From an uncultured Chlamydiae bacterium (GTDB taxonomy: Bacteria; Chlamydiota; Chlamydiia; Chlamydiales; SM23-39), in assembly GCA_963730605.1 (NCBI GenBank), contig CAVSSM010000001.1, forward strand, positions 384,001-448,000: a DNA stretch of 64,000 nucleotides. Direction: 5' to 3'. A model generated the notes under the pieces. That model was not told where the DNA came from, made no database searches, and worked only from the letters and a program-made list of their open reading frames with translations. Position numbers and translations under genes: made by a program. Positions 9,741 through 18,412 of this stretch are shown one piece after another (the stretch's first letter is position 1; each line of letters opens with the position of its first letter).

Positions 9741-10663
9741 CCATTACGACCCAATCCTTCCTAAAAGACTCTGACCTGATCGCGATTTCCGATCTTTCTC
9801 GAGAAAGTCTGGAACTGATCCTCCAAACGGCCCAAAAACTCGACCTGGATCCCCAGCCGAGCCTTCTCAAAGGATCGATCCTCGCCGCCTGCTTCTTCGA
9901 TCCTTCGACCCGAACCAGGCTTTCCTTCGAGACAGCGATGCTGAAAGGGGGAGGCTCCGTCATTGGATTTTCCGACAGCGCTAACACCTCCGTAAAAAAG
10001 GGGGAATCTCTCTCCGACACCATCCGGGTCATCGGCTCCTATGCCGATATCATTGTCATCCGACATCCGCAGGAAGGCTCCGCCCGGGCTGCGGCCGATG
10101 CGACGCCCCAACCGGTCATCAATGCCGGAGACGGGGCCAACCAACACCCAACACAAACGCTGATCGACCTCTACTCCATCGCTAGATGCCAAGGAAAAAT
10201 CGACGACTCTCTCCATATTGCAGTTGCGGGGGATCTCAAATTCGGCAGGACCGTCCACTCTCTTTGCCAAGCGCTGGCCCACTATGGGAGCCGCCTTTAC
10301 TTCGTCTCGCCGGAGGCTCTCTCTCTTCCCGACTCGGCCCAGCATGAATTGAGAAAAAAGGGGGTAAAGTTCTCCTTCCATTCATCCTTGGAAGAGGTGC
10401 TGCCAAAAGTCGATGTCCTCTATATGACCCGGATCCAAAAAGAGCGCTTTTCCACGATAGAACCGATCGCAAACCCCTGCCTTCTCAAAAAGAAACATCT
10501 CGAGAAGGTCAAACCCAACTTCCGGATCCTCCATCCCTTGCCCAGGGTCGAAGAAATCGAGAGATCGATCGACCCGACCCCTTACGCCTATTATTTCCAG
10601 CAAAGCTCGCACGGAGTTCCAGTCCGGGCGGCTCTTTTAGCGCTCATGTTGGGAAAAATATGA
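9737..10663 (+). CDS. pyrB: Aspartate carbamoyltransferase catalytic subunit
   Basis: FFDPSTRTRLSF, NAGDGANQHPTQ, HPLPR. Confidence 0.97.
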   Translation: MTITTQSFLKDSDLIAISDLSRESLELILQTAQKLDLDPQPSLLKGSILAACFFDPSTRTRLSFETAMLKGGGSVIGFSDSANTSVKKGESLSDTIRVIGSYADIIVIRHPQEGSARAAADATPQPVINAGDGANQHPTQTLIDLYSIARCQGKIDDSLHIAVAGDLKFGRTVHSLCQALAHYGSRLYFVSPEALSLPDSAQHELRKKGVKFSFHSSLEEVLPKVDVLYMTRIQKERFSTIEPIANPCLLKKKHLEKVKPNFRILHPLPRVEEIERSIDPTPYAYYFQQSSHGVPVRAALLALMLGKI

Positions 10664-11124
10664 ACCGAATGCTTTCCGTTTCAGCGATCAAAGAAGGAAC
10701 CGTCATCGATCATGTCGCTGTAGGCAACGCCCTGAAAATCATCAGCCTCCTGAAATTAGCTGATAATGAAGCCTGTGTGACCGTTGGGCTGAATCTCAAA
10801 AGCCAGTCTATGGGGCTGAAAGACTTGATCAAGGTCGAAAATCTCACCCTCATACCTGCGCACGCTGCGCAAATCGCTATATTCTCGCCCAGGGCTACGA
10901 TCAACGTCATCGTGAACTACAAAGTGGCAAAGAAATTCCCAGTGCAAATGCCGGAGGCGATTCAGTCCGTTCTCAATTGTCCGAATGACCGCTGCATCAC
11001 TCATAGCGAACCGGTGCAGACGCTTTTCACAGTGGAGGAAAATAACGGCTCCGTTCTTCTTCGCTGCCGCTTTTGCGAGAAGCTCTTCTCTCAAAACATC
11101 GTCCATGAGAAGAATACGATCTAG
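10660..11124 (+). CDS. pyrI: Aspartate carbamoyltransferase regulatory subunit
   Basis: AIKEGTVIDH, KDLIKVEN, zinc motif CPNDRCIT...CRFCEK. Confidence 0.95.
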   Translation: MNRMLSVSAIKEGTVIDHVAVGNALKIISLLKLADNEACVTVGLNLKSQSMGLKDLIKVENLTLIPAHAAQIAIFSPRATINVIVNYKVAKKFPVQMPEAIQSVLNCPNDRCITHSEPVQTLFTVEENNGSVLLRCRFCEKLFSQNIVHEKNTI

Positions 11125-11135
11125 AGGGATAAGAT

Positions 11136-12359
11136 ATGATCGAAATCAGAAAAGTCCAAACGACAGACGGCCACCGGATCGACCATTTTGTTGAAAGCGA
11201 CTCCCAATTTTCGATCGAAGCGCAAGACCTGATGCTTTTTCCCGCCTTGATCGATCCCCATGTCCATTTCCGCACTCCCGGCGCTGAACATAAGGAAGAT
11301 TGGGAGACAGGCGCACGCGCGGCGATCGCGGGTGGCGTCACCACCGTTTTTGACATGCCGAATAACGACCCCCCTTGCATCACCTCCGAGCGCCTGTTAG
11401 AAAAAAAACGGCTTATCGAAACTCAGATCGCGAAAGCCAAAATCCCCTTGCGCTACCGCCTCTTTTTCGGGGCCGACGCGAAGCATCTTGGTGAAATTTC
11501 GAAAGTAAAAAACCAGATCGCGGGATTAAAAATTTATATGGGCTCATCGACCGGCGGCCTCTTGATGAGCGAGCGTACAAGCTTGGAAGAGGCGTTCCGG
11601 ATCGCCGGCCTCCATGACATTTTGATCGCGGTCCATGCCGAAGATGAACACTTGATCCGCGCAACCGAAAAAAAACATGCTGGAAACTCCGACCCTCGCC
11701 TCCATTCCGTCATCCGGAGTCCCGCCGTCGCCGCAAAGTCGGTCGCCCTTGCGATCGAACTTGCGAAAAAACATAAGACAAGGCTTTACATCGTCCATGT
11801 GAGCAGTAAAGAGGAGCTCGACCTGATCCGAGATGCGAAAAAAGAGGGCTTGCCTGTCTACGCAGAGGCGGCGCCGCATCATCTGTTCCTCTCCGACGCT
11901 GCATACGCCAAATTGGGAACGAAAGCCTTGGTCAATCCGCCGCTGAGAAGCTCGAAAGATTGCGAGGCGCTCTGGGAAGCGGTGAGCGATGAAACGATCG
12001 ACACGATCGGGACCGATCACGCGCCTCATACCCTCGAGGAGAAAAACCGACCCTATGGTTCGGCCCCTTCGGGATTTCCCTCGATCGAACTCTATTTTCC
12101 CCTTCTTTTGAACGCCTACCACGAAAAAAAGCTATCTCTTGAGCAGATCGTCTCTCTGACCCATACCCGCCCTCAGGAAATTTTCGATCTTCCTCTCAAT
12201 GAGGATATCGTGCTCGTCAACCTGAATAAAAAAAAGCAAGTAGCCGACTCAGAGCTCCACACAAAAGCGAAGTGGTCTCCCTATGCCGGCTGGATCCTTC
12301 AAGGTTGGCCTCGGTATACCATCCTCGGCGGACAACTCTTTGACCTTGAGAAAATTTGA
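11136..12359 (+). CDS. pyrC: Dihydroorotase (type I)
   Basis: IDPHVHFRTPG, DMPNN, VNPPLR, GTDHAPH; operon context. Confidence 0.93.
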   Translation: MIEIRKVQTTDGHRIDHFVESDSQFSIEAQDLMLFPALIDPHVHFRTPGAEHKEDWETGARAAIAGGVTTVFDMPNNDPPCITSERLLEKKRLIETQIAKAKIPLRYRLFFGADAKHLGEISKVKNQIAGLKIYMGSSTGGLLMSERTSLEEAFRIAGLHDILIAVHAEDEHLIRATEKKHAGNSDPRLHSVIRSPAVAAKSVALAIELAKKHKTRLYIVHVSSKEELDLIRDAKKEGLPVYAEAAPHHLFLSDAAYAKLGTKALVNPPLRSSKDCEALWEAVSDETIDTIGTDHAPHTLEEKNRPYGSAPSGFPSIELYFPLLLNAYHEKKLSLEQIVSLTHTRPQEIFDLPLNEDIVLVNLNKKKQVADSELHTKAKWSPYAGWILQGWPRYTILGGQLFDLEKI

Positions 12360-13417
12360 GTACAATGCCCCCGATCTACGATATTTTCAAAACGTATCTT
12401 GAAAACGCAAGCGAGGGTCCCTTTTTTTCGAAAGTGATTCCAAAGTTCGAGAAAGCGGCGTGTCCGATCGACTTTCTCGGCTTCAAGCTGAACTCGCCTC
12501 TGGGAGTGCCAGCCGGCCCGCTTCTCAATTCGAAATGGATCGCTCTTGCCGCTCGGCTGGGATTCGATCTCCCCACTTATAAAACCATCCGCAGCTTCTC
12601 TCATCCTGGGCATCCCCTTCCAAATATCGTCTTCATCGAAAGGCTCTCCCCTTCCAAGGCGCGAAAAATCGAGCGCCCCGGCGATCAAAGCTCTATTTCA
12701 ATCACCAACTCTTTCGGGATGCCCTCCATGTCTCCCGAATTTCTCACGCAGGATATTGAAAAAGCTAACCTCGCGCTAAACCCGGGGCAAGTGATGATCG
12801 TCTCGGTCGTCGGAACTCAGTCCAAGGAAAAAAGCTTCGTCGATGATTTCGTCCAGACCGCTCGCTTAGCCAAAGAGGCGGGAGCGAAAATCATTGAGGC
12901 CAATTTCTCTTGTCCTAACGTAGACAAGCAAGAGGGCTGTCTTTATATGAATAGCGAGACTGTAGCGGAATTTGCCGGGAAAATCAGAGCCGCGATCCGG
13001 CCCATCCCCTTAATTCTCAAAGTAGGCTCTTTTACAAACGTCAAGCAAATGCAAAGCGTGATGATCGCTGCCGCACGCGCCGGATGCGCAGCGTTATGCG
13101 GCCTTAACTCCGTGAGCATGGAAATCGTAGACCAGAGTGGCAATCCCGCTCTTGGACCATCGAGGCTGACGGGCGGGGTCTGCGGAGATGCGATCCGGGA
13201 AGATGGATTTCGCTTTATGAAAGATGCTTCGGCCATTAAAAAGTCTGAAAAACTGGATCTCGAACTTCTTGGATGCGGGGGGCTGATGCTTCCAGAACAT
13301 CTTGCATCGATTCTGGACGCAGGGGCATCGATCGCAATGAGCGCGACAGGGATGATGTGGGATCCATTTCTTGCCATTCGCTTCCGGGAGGTTAAGTATG
13401 CAAACACTCATCCATGA
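12356..13417 (+). CDS. pyrD: Dihydroorotate dehydrogenase-like flavoprotein
   Basis: NSFGMPS, EANFSCPN, GGVCG, GCGG FMN TIM-barrel motifs; sits between pyrC and pyrE. Confidence 0.75.
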   Translation: MSTMPPIYDIFKTYLENASEGPFFSKVIPKFEKAACPIDFLGFKLNSPLGVPAGPLLNSKWIALAARLGFDLPTYKTIRSFSHPGHPLPNIVFIERLSPSKARKIERPGDQSSISITNSFGMPSMSPEFLTQDIEKANLALNPGQVMIVSVVGTQSKEKSFVDDFVQTARLAKEAGAKIIEANFSCPNVDKQEGCLYMNSETVAEFAGKIRAAIRPIPLILKVGSFTNVKQMQSVMIAAARAGCAALCGLNSVSMEIVDQSGNPALGPSRLTGGVCGDAIREDGFRFMKDASAIKKSEKLDLELLGCGGLMLPEHLASILDAGASIAMSATGMMWDPFLAIRFREVKYANTHP

Positions 13418-13982
13418 ACTGCATGAATTAGGGGCCCTGAAATTCGGCACCTTCACTTTGAAAAGCGGGATCGCATCCCCCTTTTACATCGACCTTCGGC
13501 TTACCGTCTCTTTTCCAAAGCTCCTCGTTACCATCGCCGATAAGATCAAGAGCGCCGTACAAAGTTGCTCCTTCGACTTTGTCTGCGGCGTCCCTTATAC
13601 CGCGCTTCCGTTTGCCACCGTTTTTTCGATCCGCCAAGAGATCCCGATGGTGCTGAAACGAAAGGAAAAAAAGCAGCATGGGACTGGCAAGATGTGCGAG
13701 GGGGTCTTTGCGAAGGGTAAAAAATGTCTAGTCATCGAAGATGTGATCACCTCTGGCCAAAGTATCTTAGAAACCATCACAGCTCTTGAAAATGAGGGGC
13801 TGATCGTCCAAGATGTGGCCGTTCTCGTCGACCGTGAGCAAGGCGGGCGGGAGTTACTGGAGAGCAAGGGGGTTCGTGTCCACCCGGTTTTGACGATCCG
13901 GCAAATCGCTCATGAACTTTCAAGCAAAGGAAAAATCGATGCAGCCGCAGCAACTACAATCCGCGCCTTCATTGGAAAATAG
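13398..13982 (+). CDS. pyrE: Orotate phosphoribosyltransferase
   Basis: FTLKSGIASPFYIDLR, GVPYTALP, VIEDVITSG PRPP-binding motif. Confidence 0.95.
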   Translation: MQTLIHELHELGALKFGTFTLKSGIASPFYIDLRLTVSFPKLLVTIADKIKSAVQSCSFDFVCGVPYTALPFATVFSIRQEIPMVLKRKEKKQHGTGKMCEGVFAKGKKCLVIEDVITSGQSILETITALENEGLIVQDVAVLVDREQGGRELLESKGVRVHPVLTIRQIAHELSSKGKIDAAAATTIRAFIGK

Positions 13983-13987
13983 GATGG

Positions 13988-14152
13988 CGCGACTTTGTAC
14001 ATTTTTTGCCGAGCAGATCTATAGGAAGCGCTCTGCAAATTCTTTATTCCTTCGCGAAATTCATAGCCGAAGGCACTATTAATGAGCGAAGAGATAAAGA
14101 ATTCGCCAGAGGTTCTCTATGGAGATGCCGGCAAAAAATGTACAAAGTCGAG
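13988..14152. mobile_element. Palindromic MITE family A, 165 bp, at the pyrE/pyrF junction
   Basis: 22-bp perfect inverted repeat CGACTTTGTACATTTTTTGCCG; flanked by GATGG/GATAG; homologous to 16844..17008. Confidence 0.85.
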
Positions 14153-14888
14153 GATAGAGCTCGCTGTCCACCCAGTCGCAAAAAAGCTTCTCAGCCTCAT
14201 GGCTGAAAAGCGGACCAATTTGAGCCTTGCCTGCGATGTATCTACAAAAAAAGAACTGCTCCGCTTTGCTGATCTGATTGGACCCTACATTTGCGTATTA
14301 AAGACCCATATCGACATCTTAGAAGATTTTACGCTTGATGTGACAATCGAGCTCAAGCGCCTTGCCGCGAAACACGGCTTCCTCCTCTTCGAAGACCGGA
14401 AGTTTGCCGATATCGGCCAAAACGTTGCTTTGCAATACGCCAAAGGAATTTACCGGATCGCCGATTGGGCCGATCTGACCAACGCACATATCGTTCCAGG
14501 TCCGGGCGTCATCGACGGCCTCCGTAAAGTCGGAGAGCCTCTCCAAAGAGGCCTTCTTCTCATTGCTGAGATGAGCTCGGAGGGTACCCTTGCCTTCGGT
14601 GCGTACGGCGAAAAGGCCCGCCAGATGGGAGAAGCCAACTCCGATTTTGTCTGCGGGTTCATCTCACAAAGGCGTTTGAGCCCTCTTCCCGGAATGATCC
14701 ATTTCACTCCTGGGGTCAATCTCCAAAAAGGGAAAGACGCCCTTGGACAAAGATATAGGACGGTCGAAGACGCCCTCGTCAAGCAAAGCAACGACATCAT
14801 CATCGTCGGCCGCGATATTTTGAATGCGGCCGACCCAGTCGCTGCCGCGGCCCTCTATCGGGACAGAGGCTGGAATGCGGTCCACTAA
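14082..14888 (+). CDS. pyrF: Orotidine-5'-phosphate decarboxylase (first about 24 aa MITE-derived)
   Basis: LKTHIDIL, FEDRKFADIG, TPGV, DIIIVGR; resembles the eukaryotic/UMPS-type enzyme. Confidence 0.93.
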   Translation: MSEEIKNSPEVLYGDAGKKCTKSRIELAVHPVAKKLLSLMAEKRTNLSLACDVSTKKELLRFADLIGPYICVLKTHIDILEDFTLDVTIELKRLAAKHGFLLFEDRKFADIGQNVALQYAKGIYRIADWADLTNAHIVPGPGVIDGLRKVGEPLQRGLLLIAEMSSEGTLAFGAYGEKARQMGEANSDFVCGFISQRRLSPLPGMIHFTPGVNLQKGKDALGQRYRTVEDALVKQSNDIIIVGRDILNAADPVAAAALYRDRGWNAVH

Positions 14889-15840
14889 GATCTATATCAT
14901 CATTTTAAACTGGAACGGAAAGAAAGACACGATCGAGTGTTTATCCTCGCTATCGAATGTCGCCTTTTCCAGCTTCCAGCCCCTTGTTGTCGACAATGGG
15001 TCGACCGACGGCTCCGTAAAAGAGATCCGCGCCGCTTTTCCCAATGTGCCCATCCATGAAACCGGCGCAAATCTAGGGTTTGCGGCAGGCAACAACCAGG
15101 GGATCGAATGGGCCCTTTCTAAAAACGCGGAGTGGATCCTTCTTTTGAATAACGATACCGTCGTCTCCCCTGATTTTCTGACAGCGTTTATGCGGGCCGC
15201 AAAGCAGCAGCCGAAGGCCAAAATCTTAGGGGCGAAAATCTATCGGTATTCCGAACGAAACACGATCGACCACCTCGGAGGATTTTGGAATCCCCGAATC
15301 GGGGAATTCGAGAGCCTCGCGCAAAACCGGATGGATGACGGGGTCTCTTTCGAGGAGATGGAACAAGTCGAAACCGTCTGCGGCGCCGCCCTTCTCATGC
15401 ACCGGTCGGTTCCGGAGAAGATAGGGCTTCTGGAGCCCCGTTTTTTTCTTTTTTGGGAAGAGACCGACTTTTGTACGCGGGCTCGCCGTTCAGGGTTCGA
15501 GGTTTGGACGGCGCCTCAAGCGAAGATCTGGCACAAGGTATCCTCTTCCTTTATCGGCGGAAAACCCCATATGCATTATTTTTGGTGGAGAAGCCGCCTC
15601 CTCTGGATCGAGCGAAATTGCCCCTTTAAAGAGAGAAAAAAACTCTATGGAAAAGTCATTTTTCCCGAACTTTGGAAGCACCTTCGCCATTTTCTTTTGA
15701 AATCGGTCCAAACGCTGCTCACGCAAAATCCGGCAGCGTCGGAAAAAGCCCGCCGCTATCGAGCCGGCCTCGCGGGAGCCCTTCACTACTCGCTCGGCCG
15801 TTTCGGCAACTGCCCGAAGTGGATCTATTTTCGTAAATAA
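14875..15840 (+). CDS. Glycosyltransferase family 2
   Basis: IIILNWNG, VVDNGSTDGS, NLGFAAGNNQG, LLNNDT, FWEETDFC. Confidence 0.92.
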   Translation: MRSTKIYIIILNWNGKKDTIECLSSLSNVAFSSFQPLVVDNGSTDGSVKEIRAAFPNVPIHETGANLGFAAGNNQGIEWALSKNAEWILLLNNDTVVSPDFLTAFMRAAKQQPKAKILGAKIYRYSERNTIDHLGGFWNPRIGEFESLAQNRMDDGVSFEEMEQVETVCGAALLMHRSVPEKIGLLEPRFFLFWEETDFCTRARRSGFEVWTAPQAKIWHKVSSSFIGGKPHMHYFWWRSRLLWIERNCPFKERKKLYGKVIFPELWKHLRHFLLKSVQTLLTQNPAASEKARRYRAGLAGALHYSLGRFGNCPKWIYFRK

Positions 15841-15848
15841 AAGGATAA

Positions 15849-16229
15849 TCAGATCTTACCTTTTTCAAAAAATCGAGCAATCTCTTCCTTGGCCACTTCC
15901 CCTTTTGCAACATCGAGTATCAGATTTTCGAAAGCGTAATCGCTGAATTTGATCGGAGTGCCGTTGGCTTGCAAAAATAGGTAAGCTGCGCCACCCCCAG
16001 TTCTCTTATTCCCATCATTAAAAGGATGGTTTCGGACAATGGAAAATAGGTAGATCGCCGCTTTTTCGAATACTCCAGGATATAAGTCTTCGCCAAACAT
16101 AGTCGACTTGGGAAGTTCGATCACAGAATGAAGCAAGTTTTTATCGCGGATTCCAGCTAGACCGCCGAATCGCTTCACCATGCTGGAGTGAATCGTCAAA
16201 AGCTCTTCGAGAGTTAGGTATTCGATCAT
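15849..16229 (-). CDS. Doc/Fic family type II toxin (death-on-curing)
   Basis: Fic motif HPFNDGNKRTG; 126 aa; overlaps the upstream small gene. Confidence 0.92.
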   Translation of the reverse strand: MIEYLTLEELLTIHSSMVKRFGGLAGIRDKNLLHSVIELPKSTMFGEDLYPGVFEKAAIYLFSIVRNHPFNDGNKRTGGGAAYLFLQANGTPIKFSDYAFENLILDVAKGEVAKEEIARFFEKGKI

Positions 16230-16474
16230 TTGTCAGCAAGTCGTTTCAGCATGGGAGCCTTTTCATCCAGAAATTCTTTGAGAAGCTTATTGAATTTTCT
16301 TTTTGAAATCCTCTTGTGCTTCACAGCTTTTGTCTCGGGGCTAGGCAAATGTTCAATGACAAACTGGCGTAACGATACCCCTTCCGCAGTGGCAAGCATC
16401 TTGATGTACGTGTGTTGATCAATAGGAACGTCGATCGTCAATCTTACGCTCTCTTGTCTCGAATGGTGAGCCAT
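16226..16474 (-). CDS. Putative antitoxin (RHH-like)
   Basis: VRLTIDVPIDQHTYIKMLATAEGVSLRQFV ribbon-helix-helix pattern; C-terminal PMLKRLADK like Doc partners; GAGG RBS. Confidence 0.75.
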   Translation of the reverse strand: MAHHSRQESVRLTIDVPIDQHTYIKMLATAEGVSLRQFVIEHLPSPETKAVKHKRISKRKFNKLLKEFLDEKAPMLKRLADK

Positions 16475-16624
16475 TATGCCTCCTCTGGGATTTTCTCTCT
16501 ACCATATTTTACCGTATCGCCGTAAATCAGTCAATTCGCTGCAAAGAAATTCTTGTAGAGGTCTTATCCCTAAAAAATCAGCACCTGGAATGCAGTTTAT
16601 TGTTTAGTTATGGGAAAGCCTCTC

Positions 16625-16663
16625 CTCGACTTTGTACATTTTTTGCCGGCATCTCCATAGAGA
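16625..16663. repeat. MITE family A terminal fragment
   Basis: 39 bp identical to the reverse complement of 14114..14152. Confidence 0.85.
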
Positions 16664-17230
16664 CAGATTCAGTCGCTTCACAGTTTCCTGTATCGGTTGG
16701 TAACCTGACCTAGAATCTGTGATCTCCTTAATCCTTTCTTTCGCTCTTTTGAGAGCTTTCTTTGAGGCATGATACTGGCAATATTTCCGATTCGGATCCT
16801 TTTCGAACTGTTGCCATTCGGAAGACCCTTCGGTCCGTAGTAGCTCGACTTTGTACAATTTTGTGGCGGCATCTCCGAGAGAATCGCTGGCAAATTTTTT
16901 ATTTCTCCGCTCATTAATAGCGCCTTCGGCTATGAATTTCGCGAAGAAATAAAAAATTTACAGAGCGCTTCCTCTAGATCTGCTCGCCAAAAATTGTACA
17001 AAGTCGAGAGTAGATGTTCCCATCAATCGGCTCTCCCATCTAATGTTGAAACTTACTCGTAACGAGGCTATCGGTTCACGGGTTCCCATTGTGGCTCATG
17101 CATTTGTCTGTTGAGGCTTCATCCCGAAAATTTCGTCTCAAGATGCTCAACTTCCTACACGTGTCACTCAATAATTCACATGACAGACACCTTTCATTCT
17201 GCTAGTTTAGCCAAGCTTCGCTTGGCGCAC
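16664..17230 (-). mobile_element. Degenerate group II intron (5' RNA domain plus maturase fragment), interrupted by a MITE
   Basis: Minus strand begins GTGCGCCAAGCGAAGCTTGGC (GUGYG 5' end); 16664..16790 encodes HASKKALKRAKERIKEITDSRSGYQPIQETVKRLN, similar to the group II intron maturase (GIIM) domain. Confidence 0.7.
16844..17008. mobile_element. Palindromic MITE family A, 165 bp, full copy
   Basis: Ends CTCGACTTTGTACAATTTT / AAAATTGTACAAAGTCGAG; perfect 5-bp direct repeat AGTAG on both flanks. Confidence 0.9.
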
Positions 17231-17249
17231 ACAAAGTCGAGATTTCCAA

Positions 17250-17395
17250 GTAACCGCCGTCCACTCAAGGAGATCCTGATAGAAGGGGTTTTTTGCTTAC
17301 TATTGTGAATATGGCCGTTCTTTTTAACCTGAGTTGACGAGCAGGATGGGCATTTGCATTCCATAGGAGGGCTCCATTTTAAAAAACCCAACTAT
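17250..17395 (-). mobile_element. IS1-family transposase 5' remnant
   Basis: MECKCPSCSSTQVKKNGHIHNSKQ from ATG 17364, an InsA zinc-ribbon pattern. Confidence 0.7.
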
Positions 17396-18412
17396 TCGTC
17401 CTTGCCAACGGCGCAAACCGCTATCTCATCCAAATCTCGTTTCTAAACTTGTGCAAATACTGGTGGACGCGGTAGAAATGAACCCCGAGAAGCACTGGAA
17501 AGAGAGCGATTTTAAGAAGCTAACAGTCGCCGCCTCGACTGCCAGGCGGCAATTTACTAACCCGCTACGCAAATAGGAGATAATTTATCCAGGTAAACGG
17601 AGATTGTTCAGATCGAGGCGCCCGAGGCAGGCAACCCCGAAGTGGGTTGTCGAAGCAGGGCAACGCAGAGATGGAGAATCTACGTCCTGAAGAAATGTCT
17701 CATATTTGCACAGCGGGTTAATAAAAAACGATTTGGGATGACCTTTGTCGCCTATGCCAGGGCGAGAAGGATGGGTCTTGCCATGAAACAAATAAGAGTT
17801 GGGAAAGCAGTGATCGACGTGAGAGCTTCGAGCGACTATGAATCGGGAAGCGGCTTTAGAGACGCTTTTTCGCGGATTATGGGAACGGCTCCCTCAAAAG
17901 CTGATGACCAGAAAGTATTGAAAACATCTTGGATCGACACTCCCTTAGGGCCCATGCTCGCCGTCGCGGATAACCAGGCGCTTTATTTGCTGGAGTTTGT
18001 CGACCGAAGAGGGTTGGAAAAGGAGGTCGAGCATCTCCGGAGGAAAACAAAACTCCCCATCATCCCAGGCAAAACGGAGCCCATAGAGCAAATCGAGGCT
18101 GAGCTGGGAAGCTACTTTTCAGGGAAAACGCCGGAGTTCAAAACGCCTCTTTTCCCAAATGGCTCCCCGTTTCAAAAAAGGGTTTGGGAAGAATTGCAAA
18201 AAATACCCTACGGGCAAACGCGGTCTTATGCGGCAGTAGCAGCGGGGATCGGAAAACCGACGGCGTTTCGCGCCGTCGCCTTGGCCAATGGGGCGAACCA
18301 GTTTGCCATCGTCATCCCTTGCCACCGCGTGATCTACAGCAATGGAGAGCTTGGAGGCTATGGCGGCGGAAAGAAAAACAAGGAGTGGTTGCTTAAGCAT
18401 GAAAAACGATAA
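17394..18412 (+). pseudogene. ada: Bifunctional Ada regulator/O6-methylguanine methyltransferase, 5'-truncated and MITE-disrupted; Ogt domain still open
   Basis: RPCQR..PLSHPN..LVDAVEMNPEKHW..STARRQF|KKRFGMTF split by an insertion; C-terminal PCHRV active site. Confidence 0.85.
17557..17721. mobile_element. Palindromic MITE family B, 165 bp, inserted in ada
   Basis: Imperfect inverted repeat TAACCCGCTACGCAAATAGGAGA / TCTCATATTTGCACAGCGGGTTA; TA duplication; removal restores ttt aaa aaa cga (FKKR). Confidence 0.85.

Noticed and set aside
13398..14888. pyrE-pyrF as a broken fused UMP synthase
   Set aside because: Removing the MITE leaves a TAG stop and a separate ATG one base later, in a different frame
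17461..17487. TGGTGGACGCGG...AACCCCG resembling a tRNA/tmRNA 3'-end att remnant
   Set aside because: It is in-frame ada coding sequence (LVDAVEMNPE)
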